DNA of 64,000 nucleotides from a virus: IMG/VR virus record IMGVR_UViG_3300020204_000007, positions 32,001 to 96,000 of that record; one strand, 5' to 3'. Shown piece by piece: positions 1 to 8,835 of this stretch (position 1 is its first letter; each line of letters starts with the position of its first letter). The notes under the pieces were generated by a model. It saw only the letters and a program-made list of their open reading frames with translations, ran no database searches and was not told where the DNA came from. The position numbers and the translations under genes were made by a program.

Positions 1-713
1 GGTAAGTTTTGCCAATTTAAAAATTCTTGGTGACGAGGATGGTCAGGATTTTGAGGATTTTGTGCCCAAAGCTCTTCTTCTCCATTACCCTGCGGCGCTA
101 ATGATTCCGCAGTATTCAAAAATTCTTCGGCATATTGTTGCGCCGTTTTTCTTGCAGATTCTGGAAGTAACGCATTTCCTGTTTGTTTTACAAAATGTTC
201 TGCGGCATCGTGTGCATCTCGCCAATCTTTTATTGATTCTCTGTGTGCATCTGCTATTTCGTGCAATTGAGATTCATGTGTAGATTTTACAGGTTCTTGT
301 TTCAGCTCTTGTTTTGCACTAGCAATTTTTTGTTGTATTGAATTTTTTGCATTTGCCCATTTATCTGCTCTTGTCCCATATGCATCTGCGACCGCTTGAT
401 TACCTGAATTTTGTCCCAGTTTTGCATAATTTCTAAACATAGATTCAACGGCAGAAGCCAAGGCAGCGGCTTCTTGGTATTTTGATTCATCCATCAGGCG
501 TTTTACGTGTGAACCTAAGTTTGCATGGTTTTCTGAAGCTGAAAGTGCTGGGTCAAATATGTGATTTTCGCCGCGAGTCAGGCTTATTCCTCCCTTTATT
601 TTACCAGAGTATAAATCGGCAATTTGTTGTTCTGATAAACCCGCAGCTTTATTTTTTGAAGATGCGACTCTTGCTTTTTCTAGTCTTGATAAATTAATAG
701 ATGGTTGTTTCAT
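1..713 (-). CDS. Hypothetical protein, runs off the window start (MKQPSINLSRLEKARVASS...); possible head-internal protein
   Basis: Not in the ORF track. Manual translation: ATG at 713-711 overlaps the TAA of the upstream ORF (TAATG) and the frame stays open to position 1. LEKA motif near the N-terminus. Confidence 0.75.
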   Translation of the reverse strand, partial: MKQPSINLSRLEKARVASSKNKAAGLSEQQIADLYSGKIKGGISLTRGENHIFDPALSASENHANLGSHVKRLMDESKYQEAAALASAVESMFRNYAKLGQNSGNQAVADAYGTRADKWANAKNSIQQKIASAKQELKQEPVKSTHESQLHEIADAHRESIKDWRDAHDAAEHFVKQTGNALLPESARKTAQQYAEEFLNTAESLAPQGNGEEELWAQNPQNPDHPRHQEFLNWQNL

Positions 714-3088
714 TATTTTCCACCTTCATTTTGCGGATCTTCATTTGTTTCCGTAAATTCTTTTAATTTTTCTTTTAGTCCGGCGTGCCTTCGTTTAAAA
801 CGAATGTAATCTTCACGATTGTCAGACCTAGCACCCGCCTCTTTGATATACTCTCTATAATACTGGGGACTAATATTAACAATATCTTTAAAACTTCTAG
901 TAGATCCCACTGGTATTGGTTCTTCGCTAGGAGTTGTGATGGTTTCTGCTGACGTAAACAAATCAGGTGATTCTGGTGGTGTGAATTGAGTAGCAACCGA
1001 TGAATGTGGATTATGCAAATGACTTCTTGGTTGTCCAGTTTTTAATCCCATTAAATTTTTTTCCGAGGCAGTACTATCTTGTGTTTGTTGATCTGTTTTA
1101 AGACCAAAACTTTCTCGAAAAATATCTGCAACTACTCTAGATAAACCCGATTTATCTTCTCCAACCATTGCACCCCATAAAGCTTTTGTTCTAGATTCAG
1201 GATCGGAGTCTTGTGCATCATCAAATTCTATAGTTGAAGTGCCAGAATTTCCGGGGCCATGAATATGGCTTCTAGATTGCATTTGTATTCCGGGCGCGGC
1301 TTTCATCGCTTCACGTTCTTTTTTTATACGATCATAAATATGCGATTTAAAATTAGATAATGGAGTCTGTTCAATTTTATCTTGATTTGCAGCGTTCAGC
1401 ATTTCTTGTAATTTTGTAACTGTCGGATGATTTGCGGCATCACCCGATTGTTTTGTTGAAGAGCCTGGTGACGAATTAAGAAATGTATTAACAGTTCCAA
1501 GAACATCTTGTGTATGTTCTGGAAATTCTGATACAAATTTGATAATATCGCCGCCTACGCCTGTTAACACCCTTTGCCTTACAGAAGGGGCATCATTCCC
1601 TTTTGTCTTCATACGATTTTCCAAATGCTGAAGCATATTTTTAGGATGTTGATCTTTGTAATTTAAACGAAATTCTCGCCCTTCTAGCTGAACAGAAGAT
1701 GGCGTTGCGCTTATTTGTGGATCTGGTTCATTAAGATTGCGTTCTACATATTGCCTAACAACCGGTTTTTTTGCTTTTGATTGAACTGATGCCGGCGTTG
1801 TCGGATTTGTTATTGTTTGTGCTACTGATTGTGTTGCTGGCTTATCGGACGGAAGATCCTTGTCATCTAGATCTATCCCCAAATTATCCCAATCGACTGC
1901 GGCCTTTGTTAAAGATTTATTTATTAAAGGTTTAGAACCAAGTCCTAAAAATTTTCTTTTAGCCATATCTACTTCTGGCTTAGACGCTGCTGGTTTAGGT
2001 TTTGATTGTTTTGTTTTCCAATTAGAAATAAAATTTTTAAATTTTTGTTTGAAACTATCTTTTTGTTTTGACTCATTTTCCTGTATGGGTTTACCATACA
2101 ATTGATGAAATCGATTTAAAATTGTTTTTTTATCATTCGCAGATAACTTAGCATGATTTTGTATTTTATTTGCAAACCCTTTTTTCCATTGTTCCAGCGC
2201 CTCTGAATCTAAATGCTCGTGCATATTTGTAGGTAAAAAAATTGGTTGATCTTCTTTTTTATTATTTAAAAATGACACAGGACCAGAAGGAGAATAATTC
2301 TGATCTTTGGGCGGTGGGGGATATAAAACACTAGATGGAATCGTAGATGGAAGAGCAATGTTATTTTTCTGTTTTTTCCGAGCTTCTTCTCGTTCTTTTT
2401 TCCATTTTTCAGACGGCGGTGCATATTGAATTTTAGGCGTCGATTGTGCGGATAATGGAATATCTTCTTTAAATCCACCAGTATGTATTTTTGCTGAATG
2501 TTCTGGTTCTGTTACAGCCGACATCGTAGACAAGGGAATCGTCCCTGTCGGCGGTAGTGTTGGTGCAGCTTGCTTTGAACTTTTAGGATTTTTTTGTTTT
2601 TTCGTCTTTGATTCTTTTTTAGCTTCCACAGGAGCAGCTGTTGGTTTTGATTCTTTTTTAGCTTCCACAGGAGCAGCTGTCGGTTTTGATTCTTTTTTAG
2701 CTTCCACAGGAGCAGCTGTTGGTTTTGATTCTTTTTTAGCTTCCACAGGAGCAGCTGTCGGTTTTGATTCTTTTTTAGCTTCCACGTTTTGTTGCGTATC
2801 AGCGCCATATAATTCATCAAAATTAGCCGCATCATTTTCAGCAAGAGGCGGTAATTCTTTAGATGATACAGTTTGTTTTGATTCTTTTTTAGCTTCCACA
2901 GGAGCAGCTGTTGGTTTTGTGGTTTTTTGTTTAGAAGAAGTTTTAATTGTTTTAGGTTTTGACGAGGGTTTGTCAGATGGAAGGTTGCTGTCATCTAGTG
3001 CGTCTTGCCAATTGTCTTTTTGTAATAGATCTGATTTTTTATCAGATGTAATCAAAAAACGCATCTTTTTCAAATGATTTAAAACCAT
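713..3088 (-). CDS. 791-aa low-complexity K/P/S/Q-rich protein with PTAAPVEAKKESK repeats; function unknown
   Basis: Long ORF, AAGGA SD upstream, internal 13-aa repeats. Confidence 0.8.
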   Translation of the reverse strand: MVLNHLKKMRFLITSDKKSDLLQKDNWQDALDDSNLPSDKPSSKPKTIKTSSKQKTTKPTAAPVEAKKESKQTVSSKELPPLAENDAANFDELYGADTQQNVEAKKESKPTAAPVEAKKESKPTAAPVEAKKESKPTAAPVEAKKESKPTAAPVEAKKESKTKKQKNPKSSKQAAPTLPPTGTIPLSTMSAVTEPEHSAKIHTGGFKEDIPLSAQSTPKIQYAPPSEKWKKEREEARKKQKNNIALPSTIPSSVLYPPPPKDQNYSPSGPVSFLNNKKEDQPIFLPTNMHEHLDSEALEQWKKGFANKIQNHAKLSANDKKTILNRFHQLYGKPIQENESKQKDSFKQKFKNFISNWKTKQSKPKPAASKPEVDMAKRKFLGLGSKPLINKSLTKAAVDWDNLGIDLDDKDLPSDKPATQSVAQTITNPTTPASVQSKAKKPVVRQYVERNLNEPDPQISATPSSVQLEGREFRLNYKDQHPKNMLQHLENRMKTKGNDAPSVRQRVLTGVGGDIIKFVSEFPEHTQDVLGTVNTFLNSSPGSSTKQSGDAANHPTVTKLQEMLNAANQDKIEQTPLSNFKSHIYDRIKKEREAMKAAPGIQMQSRSHIHGPGNSGTSTIEFDDAQDSDPESRTKALWGAMVGEDKSGLSRVVADIFRESFGLKTDQQTQDSTASEKNLMGLKTGQPRSHLHNPHSSVATQFTPPESPDLFTSAETITTPSEEPIPVGSTRSFKDIVNISPQYYREYIKEAGARSDNREDYIRFKRRHAGLKEKLKEFTETNEDPQNEGGK
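2607..2918. repeat. 39-bp coding tandem repeat: 4 full units plus a partial at 2607-2785, and an isolated copy at about 2876-2918
   Basis: Unit ttttgattcttttttagcttccacaggagcagctgt(t/c)gg read directly. Confidence 0.95.
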
Positions 3089-3174
3089 GATTTTGTCCTT
3101 GACTTTTTGTATATTTTAATATATTGTCTTTAAATACTAAAACGTTAATATAAATTATACACCTGGAGTCATCT

Positions 3175-4098
3175 ATGGCAATTGATTTAAATAGAATGAC
3201 ATTTGGCGCTGAACTAGAACTTGGCGATGTTGATACAAAAATTATTTTACCGCCAGGAAATAAATGGTGCGATAAAGATGGATCTATTTGTAATTCCAAC
3301 GGAACCGCAAATGATCCAAAAAAAATCTTCAATCGATATGGTGGCGAAATTCAAATGAAACCAGAAAATTCGCCAGAAGAACTTTTGCATGCAACCAAAG
3401 ATATCTATTCTTTGTTTTCTAAAAAACATTTCAATTATACCACTAATTTACATGTTCATATTAGGGTTCCTGGTCTAAAAGAAGACTTAGATGCATTGAA
3501 GAAAATTACAGAATATTTACGCAAATATGATGAAGAAATTTATGAACTTATAGACCCAAATCCATTTCCAGAACGACAATTAAAATTTTCTAATCCAGAC
3601 TTTTACAACGGAGCAGTCTCTAGGTGGCGAAGAAGAAATAAATCGCATCGCTACCGCGTTTCAGAAAAAGTATATAAATTAATGATGAATGCTAAAACTC
3701 CTCAAGAATTTTACGAAGCCCATGCGCCTAAAAATAGGTTTGGACAGCCCATGTGGCATGTAGTTGTCAGGGCCGGTGTAAATTTAAAGCAGGTGTTTGA
3801 AGACACCGAGACTATTGAATTTAGACATTTCACTATGTCTCCAGATATGAATAAAATGCTTTCGGCCTATAAATGGCCAAAATTATTAATGGAAGCTATT
3901 TTTATTACTGGAGATGCGCCAAAACAAATACTAAAGAAAAATCCAGAATTAGAATTTCAAAAATTTCATGATTATGATCACAATTTAGATAAAATTTTCA
4001 AAAAAACAAATGTTTATCACAATAAACGATCTGTTGTTAGAGAAAATTATAAAACTTTGATTGAAGAAGGACTTATTGATGAGCAATCACTCTACTAA
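3175..4098 (+). CDS. Putative amidoligase (COOH-NH2 ligase, Amidoligase_2-like)
   Basis: TFGAELE, GGEIQM, LHVHI and TIEFRH motifs of glutamine-synthetase-fold amidoligases; GGAG SD. Confidence 0.8.
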   Translation: MAIDLNRMTFGAELELGDVDTKIILPPGNKWCDKDGSICNSNGTANDPKKIFNRYGGEIQMKPENSPEELLHATKDIYSLFSKKHFNYTTNLHVHIRVPGLKEDLDALKKITEYLRKYDEEIYELIDPNPFPERQLKFSNPDFYNGAVSRWRRRNKSHRYRVSEKVYKLMMNAKTPQEFYEAHAPKNRFGQPMWHVVVRAGVNLKQVFEDTETIEFRHFTMSPDMNKMLSAYKWPKLLMEAIFITGDAPKQILKKNPELEFQKFHDYDHNLDKIFKKTNVYHNKRSVVRENYKTLIEEGLIDEQSLY

Positions 4099-4567
4099 TT
4101 CTTGGTCTAGAGCAAAAAAAATATTGTTTATTTGCACAGGCAATAAATTTAGAAGCCCATCTGCAGAACATATTTTAAAAACATTATCGCCGAATCTAGA
4201 GGTAAAATCAGCTGGAACTTCAGCTAATTCTGCCAATAATCATCTGATCGCTAAAAAAATGCGTCGTTGTTTGATTGAAATAGGCTATGAAGAGCCATCA
4301 ATTAAATCGCAACACGTTTCTAAAGAATTACTAGAATGGGCCGATCTTGTGTTTTATATGGCGCCAACTCACATAAAATATTTAACAGAAAACTACCCAG
4401 AATTTGCCATTAAATATCATGGTTTGTATACATTTGATAAAAGCAATGGCTTTGAATTAAATAGAATCGAAGATCCTGCATTTATCAAAAATCATTCAGA
4501 TGTTTTGCAAGTTACTAAATTAATTGAATTATGTGTAAAACGTGCAAAAGAAGTTTTAAACTTCTGA
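4079..4567 (+). CDS. Low-molecular-weight protein-tyrosine-phosphatase/arsenate-reductase-fold protein
   Basis: ILFICTGNKFRSPSAE (CX5R loop), SAGT, WADLV and IEDP motifs; start moved to ATG 4079. Confidence 0.85.
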   Translation: MSNHSTNSWSRAKKILFICTGNKFRSPSAEHILKTLSPNLEVKSAGTSANSANNHLIAKKMRRCLIEIGYEEPSIKSQHVSKELLEWADLVFYMAPTHIKYLTENYPEFAIKYHGLYTFDKSNGFELNRIEDPAFIKNHSDVLQVTKLIELCVKRAKEVLNF

Positions 4568-4678
4568 CCCAGAAATTTTATTCTTTTGTCGGGCGCCAGT
4601 TGGAATACTCATTCCAGGTGGCGTTGGAATTTTTGGCATTTCTATTTTTAATTTAGGTATTTTTGATTGTTTAGACAT
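4556..4678 (-). CDS. Possible 40-aa basic, proline-rich peptide
   Basis: MSKQSKIPKLKIEMPKIPTPPG...; fills the gap between convergent genes; weak support. Confidence 0.3.
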   Translation of the reverse strand: MSKQSKIPKLKIEMPKIPTPPGMSIPTGARQKNKISGSEV

Positions 4679-4742
4679 TGAAGATACTGTGCCATCTTTT
4701 AATTTATAAAGATGATCTTGAGTCTTTTCCGTTGCAGAAGAC

Positions 4743-5279
4743 TTACTTAATTTCTTGCATAGTTCTAAGATTTCTAACAGCTTCTTCAAGTTCACCTTCT
4801 GTCGCAATCCATGGCGGGACACAAACCATTTTATGTTGTATTTTACCATAATTGATTTGTTTCAAAAACGGTTTTAGCAATTCTTGTTCGTCTTGATGGC
4901 GGTTTTCTTTTAAATATGAAATATTAATAATATTTTTATCGAGCATTCTTGACAAACAGGCCATACAGGGCTGTACACTGACTAGAAATTCGTATTGATG
5001 TCGATGAGGAAATTCATTCATTTTATCAATTAAATCAATTTCTGCATGTCGAATCAAAAACTTTTTACTAGGATTTTTATCAATTGATATTTCGTTTTTT
5101 GCAAAATTATTTGATGCAAAAAAATTAATCAATTTATTTACACCAAAGGCAATGACTGAATTAGTTGAATTGTCTATTGCTATTGCAACAACTTGTACAA
5201 GAGGATCGTCACTGCGTTTTTTAAGGGCTTCAAAGAGGACTTCGGTATTAACTACTGGATAGCTTCCGTAGACAAACAT
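4743..5279 (-). CDS. Cytidine/dCMP deaminase-family protein
   Basis: HAE...PCMAC zinc motif. Confidence 0.8.
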   Translation of the reverse strand: MFVYGSYPVVNTEVLFEALKKRSDDPLVQVVAIAIDNSTNSVIAFGVNKLINFFASNNFAKNEISIDKNPSKKFLIRHAEIDLIDKMNEFPHRHQYEFLVSVQPCMACLSRMLDKNIINISYLKENRHQDEQELLKPFLKQINYGKIQHKMVCVPPWIATEGELEEAVRNLRTMQEIK

Positions 5280-5890
5280 TCTTTAATTCCTTGTTGTAGT
5301 TTTTCAACTACTTGTTCGGGTGTATCCTCGAAGTCCACTTTTACTAATGTGACGGGCGCACGGCATAAATCTATAAAATACCCTACGCACATTTTTGCTC
5401 TATCTGTAAACACTTGAACATTGTTAAATGTTAAATCAGGAAGACGCTCTTCTACAATACCAGCATTTTTACGTCTGATAGACAATCGTTCTCTGATTTT
5501 TTCTACGGTAAAGTCATAATGCACTACTACTACACGAATTTCTTCTTTATGGCGATACTCATTGACCATTTCTACCCAACGAGCAGTGGACATTACACCA
5601 TCGACAATAACTGTATCCGAAAGCGCCAGGGCGTCGAAAAAAGCGGTTCTGACAAGAGATGGCGTTGTGATTGAGTCTGTGCCAGAATTTTTATTGCCAA
5701 TCAACACACAATTATCATATTTGACAATACTATATTTTTTCTCAATAACTGCGCCTCTATTAGGCATGCGCTTTTTAACAAAACGTCCTAATTGAGAAAT
5801 TTCTTGCCCGTCACCTTGGCAAAAAGTATTTCTAGTTGTTGTCTTGCCAGTAGCTCCGGCACCCATTAAAAAAATAGCAACTTTAGTCAT
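5252..5890 (-). CDS. P-loop nucleotide kinase, candidate 5-hydroxymethyluracil DNA kinase
   Basis: GAGATGKTT Walker A, GTDSI, VIVDG, ERLSIRR lid; sits next to an amino acid:DNA transferase gene. Confidence 0.7.
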   Translation of the reverse strand: MTKVAIFLMGAGATGKTTTRNTFCQGDGQEISQLGRFVKKRMPNRGAVIEKKYSIVKYDNCVLIGNKNSGTDSITTPSLVRTAFFDALALSDTVIVDGVMSTARWVEMVNEYRHKEEIRVVVVHYDFTVEKIRERLSIRRKNAGIVEERLPDLTFNNVQVFTDRAKMCVGYFIDLCRAPVTLVKVDFEDTPEQVVEKLQQGIKECLSTEAIQ

Positions 5891-6260
5891 GGAAGCCCTC
5901 TATAAAATCTTGATTAATCTTGTGGCATTTAATACAAACACGATTACCATTATGCGAATAAAATTGAGTATTACAACGTAAACAATTTCGATATTTTGGA
6001 GGGCACGCATTATGCTCTTTAAAGAATTTTTCATCAGCTCTTTTAAGTTCTTCTGTTAATTCTTTATGTCGTTGCTTCCTTCGTACCGAATTTTTCTCTT
6101 TATTGTTTTTAATCTTTTGTATAACAAAATTCCAGTCTAAATTATTTTGGGCAACATAATTTTTAACAAATGATTCTACATCATCCGTTACTGGAACTTC
6201 TAAATTAAAGGCTTTGCAAAATAATTTTAATGTTATTTTAGTTTCATTAATAATCATCAC
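5883..6260 (-). CDS. Hypothetical protein with C-terminal CxxC...CxxC zinc finger
   Basis: CLRC...CIKC; overlaps the kinase start. Confidence 0.65.
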   Translation of the reverse strand: MMIINETKITLKLFCKAFNLEVPVTDDVESFVKNYVAQNNLDWNFVIQKIKNNKEKNSVRRKQRHKELTEELKRADEKFFKEHNACPPKYRNCLRCNTQFYSHNGNRVCIKCHKINQDFIEGFHD

Positions 6261-6266
6261 ACGCTC

Positions 6267-6593
6267 TTATTCTAAATCTGCACCCATGTCTACAACACCT
6301 TCTTTTTGCAATAACGAAAGTGCTAGCACTCTTTTAGAATCTGCGAAGTTTTTTGTTTCATTAAATGCACTACGGAATGTCTGCAAAACTTCTTGTGCTG
6401 CTTTGTATTCTGAATTAGATTCCATTTCTTTCTTAGCCTTCAACACATGAGCGTTTTGCTCTGCAACAATTTGCTTCAATTTGTCAGGAGAATATGTTTT
6501 AACCATTTGCAATTCATCGTAAGAATAGTTTTTTACAAATGTTTTTTCAATATCAGAAAGATGGCTGTATTTATTTGACTTGCTTTTCTTCAT
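6267..6593 (-). CDS. Hypothetical helical protein
   Basis: GGAGG SD upstream of ATG 6593; packed within the operon. Confidence 0.7.
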   Translation of the reverse strand: MKKSKSNKYSHLSDIEKTFVKNYSYDELQMVKTYSPDKLKQIVAEQNAHVLKAKKEMESNSEYKAAQEVLQTFRSAFNETKNFADSKRVLALSLLQKEGVVDMGADLE

Positions 6594-6594
6594 A

Positions 6595-7449
6595 TTAAGC
6601 CTCCACAAACAATAATTGTTTATTTTTTATATACGCGGTTTTTTCTTTTTGAGTAAAATGATGTTGCAAAAATTTATGATCAAATTGACAACTGTCAATT
6701 AAATTCCAAAAATCTTTGTCTGAAAAAATTTCTGGTTTTTTTAGGGCTAAAAATTCATTGATATCATGGCCAATAACATAAGAACCCTTGTGCAAAATTT
6801 TTGGAACTTTACACAGGCAACTTTCTACTTGACCAATTGGCGCAGACCATTTTTTAGATAACTCCCATCCAAACTCCTCCCATTTTGTTAATATTTTTCG
6901 GTCATACTTTTGGTCAATTCCATATAAATATCTGAGTCCAAAAATTGGACCGGTGTTTTTATTTGGGTCTGAATTTTCAATTCCTAATCCATGAATACGC
7001 AAATTATTGTATCCGAGTGTTTGATCTAAAACTTCGCAGATTTTATAACAAGCCCAATCACCAAAGTACGGAATCGTTTTAAAAAGCTCTCTTCCGCTAT
7101 CAAAATTATGTTCTTTTGTAACTAGCAGCGGTTTAATTTCCAACCATCTCTGATAGGCTTTTTGAAAGTTTTCTAAACGTCGTACTTGCGGTGTTCGCCC
7201 TCGTTCCATACCAAATTTAGTAATTTTATTAAAACAGACAGTTTCTGTACTATCAGAAACCATCCGCATGAAATGAATCATGCTTTCTATAGAATAGTAG
7301 TAGACATACATGAAAACGGCAGTCTCTGGATCAAACTTTTCATGTTGAATAATTTTTTGTAAAAACGGATAAACAGGGTCAACATCTTTGGTTTGAATCA
7401 ATGCAAGACTGGCTTTTTCAAAATCACCATAATTAAATAGCTGATGCAT
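6595..7449 (-). CDS. Amino acid:DNA transferase (aGPT-Pplase2/ADDT family, HhH-glycosylase-like fold)
   Basis: DVDPVY, GMERG, FGDWACYKICE, VESCLCK and YVIGHDI match recalled aGPT-Pplase2 motifs (DxDP, GxERR, FGxWxxFK, ETxLCK, YxxGxDI). Confidence 0.75.
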   Translation of the reverse strand: MHQLFNYGDFEKASLALIQTKDVDPVYPFLQKIIQHEKFDPETAVFMYVYYYSIESMIHFMRMVSDSTETVCFNKITKFGMERGRTPQVRRLENFQKAYQRWLEIKPLLVTKEHNFDSGRELFKTIPYFGDWACYKICEVLDQTLGYNNLRIHGLGIENSDPNKNTGPIFGLRYLYGIDQKYDRKILTKWEEFGWELSKKWSAPIGQVESCLCKVPKILHKGSYVIGHDINEFLALKKPEIFSDKDFWNLIDSCQFDHKFLQHHFTQKEKTAYIKNKQLLFVEA

Positions 7450-8341
7450 AGACTTGCGCCTGAATTGCGTCTGCAATTTCTTTTATATAGGAAGGTGCGT
7501 GTCGTAATCCGTTTGCAGATTTAGGCGTGATGTACATTTGATTACTTTCTTGTATAAAGGCATATGGAAATTCGGAAACATATGCGGGACGCCAACCAAC
7601 TGTAGGAGATCCCTCTGGTTGAATATCTACTTGTCCGTCTGTAACTTTTTTAATATGAGAAATAATATTTTCCACTTTACTGCCGATTTCTAAATCTTTT
7701 TGATTTTTTTGATAAATAAAATGTGTTCCAAGGTAATAATCATCAGTCATTGGTCGAGGATACAAATATGCATTAATAAAACGACCTTCTTTAGCATTCA
7801 GACACATGCGCGGGTATTTATCAAACACTTCTCCAGAAACTTTGCATGGAACAGACCATCCCCATCTATAATCAGTGGGACGATGTTTATGGAATCCATG
7901 AGCATGGACAATTAAAGCATCTGATTGGCAATAACCAGGTCCAAATAATGAAAAGAAAAAATTTCTAGAAAAATTAACAAATTTTTGTACATTTACATGC
8001 ATAGAATGTTTATTAAGAATTTTAATATTGCCAATACATTCTTCAACTTTTAGATCTTTTGAATTATTTCCATGCGGGATACTTTTTTGTGTAAATCCAT
8101 ATGGTACAGATTCTGCAAATAATTGTATTGGCATAGTTTCATCGGGGGCAAATTTTTTTATCCAAAGATTATAATTTAAATTATCAAATGAATCTCCAGA
8201 TGGATAAATGCAACCAGTGCTTGCCTTCCAAGCTGATGGATGATCTTCGTCATGCCATGTAAAATCAATTTTTCTTTCTGTTAGTTCCCATGCAAGCAGG
8301 CTGCCAATTAATCCAAAGCCTTTAATATGTACTTTAAGCAT
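7433..8341 (-). CDS. FAD-dependent oxidoreductase (DAO/glycine-oxidase-like)
   Basis: N-terminal GFGLIG Rossmann motif, SAWKASTG, VGWRP and NGLRHAP. Confidence 0.8.
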   Translation of the reverse strand: MLKVHIKGFGLIGSLLAWELTERKIDFTWHDEDHPSAWKASTGCIYPSGDSFDNLNYNLWIKKFAPDETMPIQLFAESVPYGFTQKSIPHGNNSKDLKVEECIGNIKILNKHSMHVNVQKFVNFSRNFFFSLFGPGYCQSDALIVHAHGFHKHRPTDYRWGWSVPCKVSGEVFDKYPRMCLNAKEGRFINAYLYPRPMTDDYYLGTHFIYQKNQKDLEIGSKVENIISHIKKVTDGQVDIQPEGSPTVGWRPAYVSEFPYAFIQESNQMYITPKSANGLRHAPSYIKEIADAIQAQVYASAI

Positions 8342-8357
8342 TTAACTATACCTGCCT

Positions 8358-8834
8358 TTAGTATGGGCCAAAAGCTCCACTTCCACGCCTGCGTGTTTGT
8401 GCAGAGTTGCGGCGTTGTTGTTCCTCCCACTCTTGCTTTAGCTCCTCCTGTGTCGCCGCTATTATCGTTGAGTCTTGACGGTTGCTCGTTGCTGTCAGGG
8501 TTCCGTTTCCCACGGGTGTTTGCGCTGGTTTAGACGGCTGTGGATTAGATAAATTTTGATTAATTCGTTGTAGAACATCAATAACTGGATTAGAGGAAAT
8601 TTTTTCTAAAAGCTCAACGACCTTTGTTGCTTTTGCTTCGGCATCAGAAACAGATCGAACAGTTTCTGGCGTGTTATTTTCTAATAGTTGTTCTAAAACA
8701 TTATTTAGATTTTTATGAATATGCTCCCATAAAAACTGTCCACTAGGCAGACCAGCTACCATTTGTTTTAATTCTGTGTTTTCTAATGCTGATTGCACAT
8801 CGCCAAGTAATTTAATTTTTTCTTTCTTGTCCAT
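8358..8834 (-). CDS. Hypothetical protein
   Basis: ORF packed between recA and the FAD oxidoreductase gene; GAGG SD. Confidence 0.7.
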   Translation of the reverse strand: MDKKEKIKLLGDVQSALENTELKQMVAGLPSGQFLWEHIHKNLNNVLEQLLENNTPETVRSVSDAEAKATKVVELLEKISSNPVIDVLQRINQNLSNPQPSKPAQTPVGNGTLTATSNRQDSTIIAATQEELKQEWEEQQRRNSAQTRRRGSGAFGPY

Positions 8835-8835
8835 A

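Noticed and set aside
62-697. Short track ORFs at 62-283, 302-490 and 482-697
   Set aside because: They are shadows of the long minus-strand ORF starting at 713 that runs off the window.
2607-2785. Possible CRISPR array
   Set aside because: Units are contiguous with no unique spacers and are in-frame coding repeats; no cas genes are present.
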